This document shows positions 1 to 11,973 of a DNA stretch of 64,000 nt, piece after piece. The position numbers and the translations under genes are program-made. Source of the stretch: Eledone cirrhosa (Eukaryota); assembly GCA_964016885.1 (NCBI GenBank), contig OZ024762.1, positions 17,360,001 through 17,424,000 on the forward strand. The letters are read 5' to 3'. The notes below the pieces were generated by a model that saw only the letters and a program-made list of their open reading frames with translations, ran no database searches and had not been told where the DNA came from. Each line of letters begins with the position of its first letter. The first letter of the stretch is position 1.

Positions 1-71
1 TTGATTATGCTAATTGGGAGAGGAAATGGTGTATATATCTTATCAAATGATTCTATGGACATAATTTATAG

Positions 72-155
<84 letters not shown>

Positions 156-156
156 C

Positions 157-241
<85 letters not shown>

Positions 242-320
242 TATCGAATAAGAAAAAGCGAAGTAGTTTCAGATGTTAAAGTCCTTTAATGATAATGCTG
301 TGATACATATTTCAATGACG

Positions 321-371
321 ACAGTGACCACACGTTTCGGTGTACCCAGTGCCGTGACATCATCAGACAGC
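321..371 (-). ncRNA. Degenerate hammerhead-like motif (Penelope-type)
   Basis: Minus strand reads GCTGT-CTGATGA-TGTCAC...ACACC-GAAAC-GTGTG-GTC-ACTGT. Core intact; stems I and II imperfect. Confidence 0.4.
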
Positions 372-690
372 TTCTTACATAATAAGGTTATGTTTCGAGG
401 CAATCCAAATTGAATCGACATGGGAATGGACAAAGCGTGTGCTCTTTAATACTTCGCCTGTTCACCTGCGAGTCCCAATTCACCCCCACCAGTCTGCGCA
501 GGCGCAAGTCCAAAGGAAGTTGACCATCAACTACCCCAAAGTTCTACGAAACTCGCTTAGGCAGGCCTCCCTCTCAACCAAACAATCACCCCACCCAGGT
601 CTGTAATATGACACCGTGTCATATTACATATATGTAGGTTTTGCATTTTCCTGTTGACAAGTGTTTTTAGGCCTCATATCATGTTACCTT

Positions 691-758
691 ATTTTATCTG
701 ATGAGAACACAATTTTTGTCCCAGGATGATATTGTTTTCGAAATGGCAATAATAAAAT
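691..758 (+). ncRNA. Type-I hammerhead ribozyme motif
   Basis: Stem I ATTTTAT/ATAAAAT; core CTGATGA...GAAA; stem II GAACACAAT/ATTGTTTTC (8 of 9 pairs); minimal stem III AT-GGCA-AT; AUA cleavage triplet. Confidence 0.75.
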
Positions 759-976
759 ATATGGAACTTCTTTAACCATCTTTTAATTTCTTCTTTAATA
801 TATACTCCAGTTCTACCAACTGTTGAGTGCTACTTATCTGATATATGCATAGTTTTATTGTTCTACAATATTACTCACCTTCTACATATATATAGATATA
901 TATAGACATATATGTCCCAAGGCTCTGATACCATCAAGACTATAAACACAGAGCTGGCATATCTAAGAACTGACTA

Positions 977-1032
977 ACTGCCTGATGAGGTCATAGCCAT
1001 TGAATGGCTATCATCGAAATATATATAGCAGT
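977..1032 (+). ncRNA. Type-I hammerhead ribozyme motif
   Basis: Stem I ACTGC/GCAGT; CTGATGA; stem II GGTCATAGCCAT/ATGGCTATCATC; GAAA; palindromic ATATAT stem/loop III; AUA triplet; AATAAA just downstream. Confidence 0.85.
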
Positions 1033-1073
1033 AAATAAAGGATTATGAGTTCATGCAATTGACTTATGTTTCG

Positions 1074-1114
<41 letters not shown>

Positions 1115-1123
1115 CACTTGGGT

Positions 1124-2302
1124 AGATCAACCACCAGTCACATCCTGATGCTGAGGAGGATATTAGAGGGAGCTAGAGCAAAGTGCCTTCCTGCGGTCAT
1201 GGTTTTCATTGACTTTAGGAAGGCCTTTGATTCTGTGGACCGTTACTGCCTGATGAAGATCTTACAGGCTTGTGGAATCCCCAAGAAGATAATGGACCTG
1301 ATATCACTGCTCTACACCAACACCAAAGCCCAAGTCATTACACCTGATGGGATGACAGAGTTCTTTGAGATACTGGCTGGAGTGCTCCAGGGAGATACAT
1401 TGGCTCCCTACCTTTTTATCATCGTAGTGGACTATTGTATGCGCCTTGCACTGGAGAAACACCAGGACTCTGGCTTTACTGTAGCACCGGCTCAGAGCAG
1501 GAGAGTTAGGGCGAAAAAGGTATCGGATGCTGAATTTGCCGACGACATAGTTTTGGTGACAAATACAGTGAAGGAGGCAGAGGATTTGATGCGGGAGGTT
1601 GAGACTGTGTCGATGAGTGTGGCGCTGAGAATGAATGAGACTAAAACAAAATATCTGGTAGAGAATGTTGAGAAGCCTGAGGGGATCACTAATGTAGGCG
1701 GGAAGCCGCTGGAATTGGTTGAGGACTTCCTGTATTTGGGAGCAAAGATTGGGAATACGGAGGATGATGTGGTTGAGAGGAAGAGCAAGGCCTGGGCGGC
1801 GTGCCACAGCTTGAGATCGGTGTGGAAGTCGGACCTTCGTAGAGACCTGAAAATCCGCCTCTTCATTGCTGTAGTGGAGTCTGTGCTGCTGTATGGGTCT
1901 GAGACTTGGACACTGACCAAGAAACTCACTCAGATGGTGGATGGGTGCTACACGAGAATGCTGAGGATGGCTCTGAACATTAATCAGTATACACTGAGGA
2001 TGAAAAACTCAGAGCTGTATGGGAGCCTCCCAAAAGTCAGCTCAAAAGTGACACAGAGGAGACTGAGGTTGGCTGGACATGCTCACCGACATCCAGAGTT
2101 GACATTGCACTCAGTGCTCCTTTGGGAGCCCCTACATGGACACAGTAGAAGAGGAAGACCAAGGTTAACGTATGTTGATGCCCTAAGGACAGACACTGGT
2201 CTGTTGGAGATGCAGGACATGGCAGCGATAATGAGGGACAGAGACCGCTGGAGAGAACTCGTCCATGGATCTCGGGAATTTTACCCGCCTTAGATAGATA
2301 GA
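1124..2302 (+). mobile_element. 5'-truncated RTE-clade LINE (family 1), uninterrupted RT/C-terminal ORF
   Basis: ORF 1109-2293 with FIDFRKAFDS, GVLQGDTLAPYLF, FADD, LLYGSETW, RGRP...DRDRWR. Short (TAGA)n tail directly after the stop. Confidence 0.93.
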
Positions 2303-2570
2303 TGTGTCACTTTTGAGCTGACAGAGGAGACTAAGGTTAGCTGGACATGCTCACCGACATCCAGAGTTGACATTGCACTCAGTGCTCCTTTGGGAGCCCC
2401 TACATCGACACACTAGAAGAGGAAGACCAAGGTTAATGTATGTTGATGCCTTAAGGACAGACACTGGTCTGTTGGAGACGCAGGACATGGCAGCGATAAT
2501 GAGGGACAGAGACCGCTGGAGAGAACTCGTCCATGGATGTCGGGAATTTTACCCGCCTTAGAATAGAATA

Positions 2571-2575
<5 letters not shown>
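2303..2575 (+). mobile_element. Second 3' fragment of RTE family 1 with 19-bp inverted 5' end
   Basis: 2322-2561 repeats the 3' end of the first copy. GTGTCACTTTTGAGCTGAC is the reverse complement of 2036-2054. (TAGAA)n tail. Confidence 0.88.
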
Positions 2576-2639
<64 letters not shown>

Positions 2640-2735
2640 GATGTATGCATACAAAAAGTAAACGGAAACAGCAAAGCAAACAACACAGTACAATCAAGAA
2701 ATATATTAGTTTGACGCTTGATATAGTAGGACCGT

Positions 2736-2790
<55 letters not shown>

Positions 2791-2799
2791 GAAAGAGAG

Positions 2800-3050
2800 A
2801 GAGAGAGTGTGAAGAAACCCCGGAAAAAGAGAAGCGGAGGAATCCCTATACGCGTTATTTCCCCAAGTTTGTATCAACTATTACAGTAGAACACGTGGCC
2901 AACTCGCGTGCCTGGAAAATGCGCGTGAGCTAGCTAGCGGTTGTCAGGTGACGTCATCGATTGCTGGCTCCGTTGCTAGGGAAAGAAGAAGGTAACGCAA
3001 TGTTGAAGGCAAGTCGAACTTTTCACAAACGGAGCCGAAAACAAAAATAT
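2800..3050. promoter_or_regulatory. CpG-rich promoter/enhancer-like island
   Basis: CACGTG at 2892, full CRE TGACGTCA at 2949, RFX half-site GTTGCTAGG at 2972, high CpG density. Confidence 0.5.
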
Positions 3051-3864
3051 TTCCAGGGATTTGAACTCAGTTACGTCCCTTTACGGTCTTGGTTCAAATC
3101 CCGCCGAGGTTAGCTTCGCCTTTCATCCTAACGGGGTCGATAAAATAAAGTACCAGTCACGCACTGGGGCCGATTTAATCGACTTTCCCCTCCCCCCAAA
3201 CTGGGCTTGTGCCTATATAAGAAACCATTATTACTAGTAGTAGTAGTAGTAGTAGTAACAATGATAATGATGATGAATCCCCACCCTCCCCACAAGGGGG
3301 CCAAATGAGATAAACATTACAAAGACAAATTACATAAAATGTAGGGGGTTTACATGGAAATCAGATAAGTAATATATATATGTGTATATATAAATATATA
3401 TATATCCAAAATTAAGATAAATTAAATGTATTCAATCTAAATCAAAATTATGGATGTCATGCCAGAAAGACATGCGCCATATCACCCGGATAATAAGCTC
3501 CAAGATTCTAACGAGTAGGTCCGAGCATTTTATAATAACTAGAAATTGATTAACATATATATAGACATGAATAATCACAGGAGATAATTTTTACAAGCGT
3601 GTAACCACAGATAGCTAGGTAGGTAACTAAATAAAGTTGACTAGAACTTCAAAAATAGATACCTTATAATATGATTAATCTTCCCTGTATATATTCCATT
3701 AAAGAAATATATTTCACCAATTAATCGGATGGTAAACCACGGAAGTGGAGATTTTGGATTTTCAACAAGGAAGAAAATTTCCAGCCATCCGCGCTTACAC
3801 TTCAAGTTCAAATTTGCAACTGGCTGATTATTCATGTTTATATATATGTTAATCAATTTCTAGT

Positions 3865-3896
<32 letters not shown>

Positions 3897-3902
<6 letters not shown>

Positions 3903-4170
3903 ATGCTTTGGGAGGGTCATGTTGCCAATAAGAAACACACGCACCAATCGCTTTCACTCCAATTTATTATAAATTAAATTTATAAATTTAAGAATTTATA
4001 AATTTCTGGTTGCTTGGTTGGTTGGTTCGTTCGTTCCACAACCAGACGATTGTTCATATATTGTCAAAGTTCTTTCGTCACACATTCTGTGACCTCTTCA
4101 GTGACTGGGAATTCTTTTCTTTGTTTTTGTGCCTCTACTTGTTCTGTCCTACGCCATCTTGTTTTTGTGT
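3897..4170 (-). mobile_element. Short hammerhead-bearing interspersed repeat, family A (Penelope-like pLTR / retrozyme-like)
   Basis: Reverse-complement copy of 10380-10697 and 16345-16663; abuts (TA)n. Confidence 0.7.
4063..4105 (-). ncRNA. Type-I minimal hammerhead motif (family A)
   Basis: Minus strand GTCA-CTGAAGA-G-GTCACA-GAATG-TGTGAC-GAAAG-AA-CTT-TGAC. Confidence 0.7.
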
Positions 4171-4324
4171 GTGTTGTGTGTTTAGTTTGCGCATGTGTTA
4201 CATCCGGCTGTCTGTGTGTGTTTATATTTGTTTATTTATTTGTTTATTTACATGTTACTAAACACACATCATCATTATCATTGTTACTACTACTAATACT
4301 ACTAGTAGTAATAATGGTTTCTTA

Positions 4325-4344
4325 TATTTATATATATACATATA

Positions 4345-4423
<79 letters not shown>

Positions 4424-4557
4424 ATATGTACACACACATATATATATATGTATATATATGTACATATATATATGTATATATATTTACATATATACATATA
4501 TACATATGTACATATATATATATATATACATATGTACATATATATATACATATGTAC

Positions 4558-4606
<49 letters not shown>

Positions 4607-4814
4607 CATATGTACATATATATATATATACATATGTACATATATATATATATATACATATGTACATATATATATATATACATATGTACATATATATATA
4701 TACATATGTACATATATATATACATATGTACATATATATATATACATATGTACATATATATATATATACATATGTACATATATATATATACATATGTACA
4801 TATATATATACATA

Positions 4815-4866
<52 letters not shown>

Positions 4867-5070
4867 CATATGTACATATATATATATATACATATGTACA
4901 TATATATATATATACATATGTACATATATATATATATATACATATGTACATATATATATATAGACATATGTACATATATATATATGTACATAAATATATA
5001 TATACATATATATATATATACATATGTACATATGTATATATATATATATATACATATGTATATATATATA

Positions 5071-5111
<41 letters not shown>

Positions 5112-5152
5112 GTACATATATGTACATATGTATATATATATATATATACATA

Positions 5153-5237
<85 letters not shown>
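4325..5237. repeat. Compound (TA)n/(TACATATG) microsatellite
   Basis: Direct inspection. Similar tracts at 73-243, 16664-17325, 23690-24118, 29460-29865 and many more. Confidence 0.97.
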
Positions 5238-5242
<5 letters not shown>

Positions 5243-5309
5243 TAACAGATATATATTTATCCTTATCGAGCCCTCTTTGTATTTTATTCTTCACATTTAT
5301 TATTATTAC

Positions 5310-5351
<42 letters not shown>

Positions 5352-5367
5352 AAATTATTCCCACTAC

Positions 5368-5399
<32 letters not shown>

Positions 5400-5637
5400 A
5401 TATGTGTGTGTGTGTGTGCACCTGATTCATTATGTGTCAATGTGCATGTATTTATTTTATTTTATTAATATTATTTTTTTTTTTTGTAGACTTAATTGAT
5501 ATCTGTACACAATATCTATAGCAGTTCTTATTGATTTTTCAGTGCTTGCCCTGCTAATAGCTTGATATATATATATATAATATATATATATATATATTTA
5601 TATATATACACACACAAACTGGGATTTCCACGAGTGA

Positions 5638-5651
5638 GTTACCATGGCAAC
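5638..5651. promoter_or_regulatory. RFX X-box GTTACCATGGCAAC
   Basis: Near-perfect palindromic match to the RFX consensus, in a unique-sequence island. Confidence 0.6.
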
Positions 5652-5789
5652 AACGACAGATAGATTTTAGTGAGGTTTACAAACAGTTTTTCACTGTATT
5701 AGATTGTCAACGATGTTAGAGAAAACCAGCAGAGAATAATGGCGTCTAAATCTCAAACATGTATGTATGCCTTATAGGTCAGAAAATCT

Positions 5790-6632
5790 TTTTTTCTCTT
5801 CTTTGCGCCCACTTATTCCTATGAGGGTTGTGTGGGGGGAAGGCAGAGCCCTGAAACATTCCTTCCAGCGGGGTCCTGTCAGAAGCAACCACCTCAAACT
5901 GATCCGGCTGGATACCCCAAGTGAGACCAGCCAAACTCATGGATGTTATCCAGCCATCTTGCTCAGGGTGGGTCTACCCCTGGATCTCCTGCCTGTTGGT
6001 TTTGCCCTTAAAATATGTCCAGCGATTCTTTCCTGAGTCCTGAGACATTCTAACCACATGTCCATAGTACCGGAGCTGTGATCTCTCAATTCAGAGAAGT
6101 AGCGGCTCTACCTGGAGTGACTCTCCAGTGATTCTTTCCTGAGACATTCTAACCACATGTCCATAGTACCGGAGCTGTGATCTCTCAATTCAGAGAAGTA
6201 GCGGCTCTACCTGGAGTGACTCTCCAGTGATTCTTTGCTGAGACATTCTAACCACATGTCCATAGTACCGGAGCTGTGATCTCTCAATTCAGAGAAGTAG
6301 CGGCTCTACCTGGAGTGACTCTCCAGTGATTCTTTGCTGAGACATTCTAACCACATGTCCATAGTACCGGAGCTGTGATCTCTCAATTCAGAGAAGTAGC
6401 AGCTCTACCTGGAGTGACTCTCTGATCTCCGAGCTATAAATCTGACCAGTGATTCTTTCCTGAGACATTCTAACCACATGTCCATAGTATCAGAGCTGTG
6501 ATCTCTCAATTCAGAGAAGTAGCAGCTCTACCTGGAATGACTCACTGATCTCCGAGCTATAAATCTGACCAGTGATTCTTTGCTGAGACATTCTAACCAC
6601 ATGTCCATAGTACCGGAGCTGTGATCTCTCAA
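5790..6632 (-). mobile_element. RTE family 2 3' fragment with internal 99/123-bp tandem amplification
   Basis: Minus strand encodes IERSQLRYYGHVVRM. GAGACATTCTAACC recurs at 6042, 6141, 6240, 6339, 6462 and 6585. Confidence 0.82.
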
Positions 6633-6898
6633 TGTTTTGTTGTAAAAAAATACAAGTGTCTTTTGTGGTTATGAAAAAGGAAAAGGAAGGGAAAGGCAAG
6701 GGCTCTAGTGTCACAGAAGAATGGGAAGGGGCAAGGAGAGAGGGTGGTGGGCTCTAGGCCTAAGGTGCAGCAGTGTTGGGGCTGTGCCCTGTGGACAAAA
6801 CCGCAAAAGGATTCCCGCGGGCAATGGCCAGCGACACGCACTGCTACATCCACCCCCACCTTGCGGGGGCTCCTTCCTCAGACGGCCAGTGACACCCG

Positions 6899-6934
<36 letters not shown>

Positions 6935-7628
6935 CCATATATATACATATATGTATATATATTTATATACACATATGCATTAACACACGAATACACACAT
7001 GCAGTTCGCCACACACATACATAGTCACACACACACACATACATACATAGCCACACACATACATAGTCAAACACACACATACACACACACACACATATAT
7101 ACACGCATGCATAAAGCTCTCAACAGACACATATTCAGTAGAGCTCACCACATACACACGCACATATACACACATACACACTCACGCATACACACTTACA
7201 CACATACACACACACGCATACGTACACACTTACACACACACACACACACACACACATACACACTTACACATACTTACACACTTACACACACATACACACA
7301 CATACACACACACATACACACACACATACACACGTACACATACTTACACACTTACACACGCACACACATACACACACACATACACACACACACATACACA
7401 CTTACACACACACACATACACACATACACACACACACACACACTTACAGACACATACACACTTACAGACTCACACACAAATACACATACATACACACACA
7501 TACACACATACATACACACACACACTTATACAAACACACACACACATACACACATACACACACACGCACACGTACGCATACACACACACACACACATCCA
7601 CATAGATGTAGATCGTGCTGCCAGGTCT

Positions 7629-7657
7629 GTTTCCATAGCAACCAATGACGCACCAAT
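7629..7657. promoter_or_regulatory. X-box GTTTCCATAGCAAC + CCAAT + TGACG + CCAAT module
   Basis: Consensus RFX, NF-Y and CRE half-site motifs packed in a ~150-bp island between microsatellites. Confidence 0.55.
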
Positions 7658-7756
7658 CACCCCAGTAATCAATTTCTCCGTTTCAATCTCTTCACAGTTT
7701 CTTTATTATTCCCGGCATTTTCTCAAGTGTTTCCCCTGGAATTCCTTGGTCTCTCC

Positions 7757-8840
7757 CCCACCACCCTCACAACACCTCCAACACAACACCACCCTCACAA
7801 CACCTCCAACACATTCACAACACCTCCACCACCCTCACAACACCTCCACCACATTCACAACACCTCCACCATATTCACAACAACACCACCGCCTTCACAA
7901 CACCTCCACCACCCTCACAACACCACAACCACACTCACAACAACACCACCACCACCCTCACAACAACACCACCACCACCCTCACAACAACACCACCACAC
8001 TCACAACACAACCACCACCCTCACAACACCTCAACCACACTCACAAAACCACCACCACCCTCACAACACCTCCACCACCCTCACAACACCACCACAACCC
8101 TCACAACATCACCACCAACCTCACAACACCAATCTCACAACACCAACCTCACAACACCAACCTCACAGCACCAACCTCACAACACCTCCACCATCCTCAC
8201 AACACCACCACCAACCTCACAACACCACCACCACCAACCTCACAACACCAACCTCACAACACCTCCACCATCCTCACAACACCAACCTCACAACACCTCC
8301 ACCATCCTCACAACACCACCACCAACCTCACAACAACTCCACCACCCTCACACCACCTCCACCATCCTCACAACACCTCCACCACCGTCACAAGACCACT
8401 ACCACCGTCACAACACCTCCACCACCATCACAACACCACCACCACCCTCACAACACCACCACCCTCACAACACCATCACTACCCTCACAACACCTCCGCC
8501 ACCCTCACCACAACACCACCACCCTCACAACACCACCCTCACAACACCACCCTCACAACACCTCCACCACCCTCACAACAACACCACCACCCTAACAACA
8601 CCTCCACCACCCTCACAACAACACCACCACCCTCACAACACCTCCACCACCCTCACAACACCACCACCACCCTCACAACACCACCAACCTCACAACACCT
8701 CCACCACCATCACAACACCACCACCACCATCACACCACCACCACCACCATCACAACACCTCCACCACCACCACCATCACAACACCACCACCACCACCACC
8801 CTCACAACACCTCCGCTACCCTCACCACAACGCCACCACA
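7757..8840. repeat. C/A-rich ~21-bp degenerate minisatellite
   Basis: CACCTCCACCACCCTCACAA units; a related array lies at 20340-20700. Confidence 0.9.
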
Positions 8841-8841
8841 C

Positions 8842-9440
8842 TATATATAGAATATTTAGTGTATATATAGAATATTTAGTGTATATATAGAATATAGAGT
8901 GTATATATAGAATATATAGTGTATATATAGAATATATAGTGTATATATAGAATATATAGTGTATATATAGAATATATATAGAATATATAGTGTATATAGA
9001 GTGTATATATAGAATATATAGTGTATATATAGAATATATATAGTGTATATATAGAATATATAGTGTATATATAGAATATATATAGTGTATATATAGAATA
9101 TATAGTGTATATATAGAATATATAGAATATATAGTGTATATATAGAATTTATAGTGTATATATAGAATTTATAGTGTATATATAGAATATATAGTGTATA
9201 TATAGAATATATAGAATATATAGTGTATATATAGAATTTATAGTGTATATATAGAATTTATAGTGTATATATAGAATATATAGTGTATATATAGAATATA
9301 TAGTGTATATATAGAATATATAGTGTATATATAGAAAATATAGTGTATATATAGAATATATATAGTGTATATATAGAATATATAGTGTATATATAGAATA
9401 AATAGAATATAAAGTGTATATATATAGAGAGAGAATATAT
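8842..9440. repeat. 20-bp AT-rich minisatellite
   Basis: TATATATAGAATATATAGTG units. Confidence 0.92.
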
Positions 9441-9683
9441 AGTGTATATATAGTGTATATATATATATATATATATAGTGTAAATATTGTATATGTTGTG
9501 ATGTCACAGGTGCCAAGCTGTATCAGCCATTACCTTTCCCTTGGACAACATTGGTGGTGTGGAGGGGGAGACCAGCATGCATGCCTGACTGTTGGTCTTC
9601 CACAAACAACCTTGGCTGGACTTGTGCCACGGAGGGGAACTTTCTAGGGGCAAAACCATGGTCATTCGTGACCAATGGGGTCC

Positions 9684-9741
<58 letters not shown>

Positions 9742-10020
9742 CCAAAGATTTATATGGTTCGTTGATTATTCAACGAATACAATTTTACAATAGATTAGAA
9801 GCACTCGACAAGTTCCTATGTAAATTATATTATTCAAAATATTAATATATATATATAGGTTTGTTATATGTATATATTTGTATATGTGTGTATATATGTA
9901 TATATATATATATGTATATATATGCATATCGATTAACCCACTCGATATGCAAATTGGGCTACTCAGCCGTTAATATGCATAAGGTAAGTATATACATTCA
10001 ACAATCTGGCAGGAAGGTAT

Positions 10021-10063
10021 ACGTTGCTGACGATAGCTAATAAGCTTGAAACTAGTACAGCGT
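10021..10063 (+). ncRNA. Type-I minimal hammerhead motif
   Basis: Stem I ACGTTG/CAGCGT; CTGACGA; stem II AGCT-AATA-AGCT; GAAA; palindromic ACTAGT; GUA triplet. Confidence 0.75.
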
Positions 10064-10330
10064 TCCTTTGTCAGTGTTGAACAAACGAGCAACGATGGTT
10101 GCTGGACACTACGGCTTAATACGGGATGTTTGTTTACAAACACACCGAGCATTATAATAAATGTTCGGTGAATCCATACGTACATATATATATGTGTGCA
10201 TGTATGTATGTATGTATATATATACATACTACTGTACGTCTGTATACATATATGTATGTACGTGTGCATACTTATATTTAAGTAACAGCCATACTAAAAG
10301 TGGGAAATGAAATTTCGTTTCATTTTTTCC

Positions 10331-10379
<49 letters not shown>

Positions 10380-10383
<4 letters not shown>

Positions 10384-10697
10384 GTAGGATAGAAGAAAGG
10401 AAAGGCACAGAAACGAAGAAAGAAATCCCCAGTCACTGAAGAGGTCACAGAGTGTGTGACGAAAGAACTATGACTATATATATATAAACAACTATCTGGT
10501 TGTGGAACCAACCAACCAACCAGAAATTTATAAATTTATAAATTTGTAAACTTATAAATATTTAATAAATTAAATTGAAGTGAAAGCAACTGGTGCGTGT
10601 GTTTCTTATTGGCAACATGACCCTCCCAAAGTATAACAATATCGGTTTCAACACACGATTTCAGATAAAGAATCTTGCTAAACAAATTCAGAAACGA
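10380..10697 (+). mobile_element. Short hammerhead-bearing interspersed repeat, family A
   Basis: ~320 bp, flanked on both sides by (TA)n, high identity to the 16345 copy. Confidence 0.75.
10431..10475 (+). ncRNA. Type-I minimal hammerhead motif (family A)
   Basis: AGTCA-CTGAAGA-G-GTCACA-GAGTG-TGTGAC-GAAAG-AA-CTA-TGACT. Perfect stems I and II. Confidence 0.78.
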
Positions 10698-10981
10698 TAT
10701 ATATATATATATATATGTGTATGAAATTTTTTCTCACGAGTTAGTTCTTTCGTTGCTACGGACCCCAGCTGAATTACTGGTTGCTGTCTTCATTTAACAA
10801 AGCCCTTTAAACAGTGTTATCACTCTGAGGTCCCATACCTTGTCGAGTGCTTGGCTTCACTGCTGAAAGGATTAGTCGGCTTAGCTGAGGGTGTGGCTTC
10901 GAATATGCTGTACTTCCATTTATATATATAAAATAAGATGCTGAGGTCACATATATCGTTTATTCATTATAATTATTTCCA

Positions 10982-11170
10982 GGTGGATTGGCAGTATCGG
11001 TAGAGGGTCGGACGCGATGCTTTGACGCATAGAGCTACGGCCCTTGCCATTCTGAGTTCAAATCCCGTCGAGGTTAACTTTGCCTTTCATCCTTACGGGG
11101 TCGATAAAATAAAGTACCAGTAATGTACTGGGTAATTGCTGACCCTTGTGCCAAGAGTAGAAACAATTAG
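10982..11170 (+). mobile_element. Full-length tRNA-derived SINE (dominant family in this window)
   Basis: A box TGGCAGTATCGG, B box GAGTTCAAATCC, conserved core GCCTTTCATCCTTACGGGGTCGATAAAATAAAGTACCAGT. Other copies at ~3070, 35740(-), 41670(-), 51460, 53250, 55620(-), 55915, 59830, 60040, 62262. Confidence 0.88.
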
Positions 11171-11447
11171 AATTATTTCTTCCACGGTTCTCCATGCAAT
11201 CGAGATGTCCTTCATACATTTGCTGTTGTTATGGGAACGGTATCCTCAGATGATAAGGACGGGGTCCCTATCATAAAAACACCCAAGAAACCTCCAATGA
11301 GATACAACCTCGGAGGAAGCCAGCTAAACCTGCATAGGTGTGAGCTATAACAACAACAATAACAACAACAACATATATGTTAGGTAATTCCGAAGGAAAA
11401 GCAAAGGAAAAAAGAGTGCTCTATGTATAGAACAGAGCTATTTAATT

Positions 11448-11620
11448 AGAAAGTGAACAGCACAAAATATAACTACTCCATTACCAAAGGTTTCTGGATC
11501 ACAGACGATAAGAATATACGTCTGGATCGTCTGGTGAACGATCTAGACGTATGTTAATATTGTCTCGCATCCAGAAACCTTTTGTAATGGAGTAGCTATA
11601 TTTTGTGCTGTTCACTTTCT
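11448..11620. other. 173-bp near-perfect inverted repeat (83-bp arms, 7-nt loop)
   Basis: By manual alignment, 73 Watson-Crick pairs, 3 G-U pairs and 7 mismatches on the + strand. Confidence 0.95.
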
Positions 11621-11973
11621 CGTATGTATACATATATGTATATATTCTCAATGAGATTATTCTGATGAAATGATAGTTGAAAATAACATTGAAATAACAT
11701 TGAAATATTGAGTGTCTGCATAATTAATACTTTGTAGATAGCAGCCGTTTTCAGGTTATATAACTGTTATTGAAACACGTGTCAATAAATTTTTTTTACT
11801 GAACCGTATCCATTTAAATCCTTCTATTTTCTCCGGATTACTTTTGAAACTACAACTGGAACCGTCGAGCAAACCCTACGTGAGCTGTCCATCTACTGTG
11901 TGTAATATTCATATTACAACACTACGGAAAATGCTATATGTATATATACATATATATGTATACACACAAACAC

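Noticed and set aside
4014-5352. Long YI/HT/VC-rich ORFs here and throughout the window
   Set aside because: Translations of (TA)n, (CA)n and (TATG)n microsatellites, which lack stops by construction.
6999-8890. 623-aa and 387-aa Thr/Pro/His-rich mucin- or extensin-like ORFs
   Set aside because: A C/A-rich minisatellite open in several frames; no signal peptide or splice context.
10742-10793. Minus-strand ATGAAGA...CGAAAGAACTA hammerhead-like motif
   Set aside because: The core C is mutated and the stems are weak; not counted.
10982-11070. tRNA gene
   Set aside because: A and B boxes are present but there is no cloverleaf; it is the head of a multi-copy SINE.
11657-11712. CTGATGA-AATG...CATT-GAAA
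   Set aside because: Stem I cannot be closed convincingly in AT-rich sequence.
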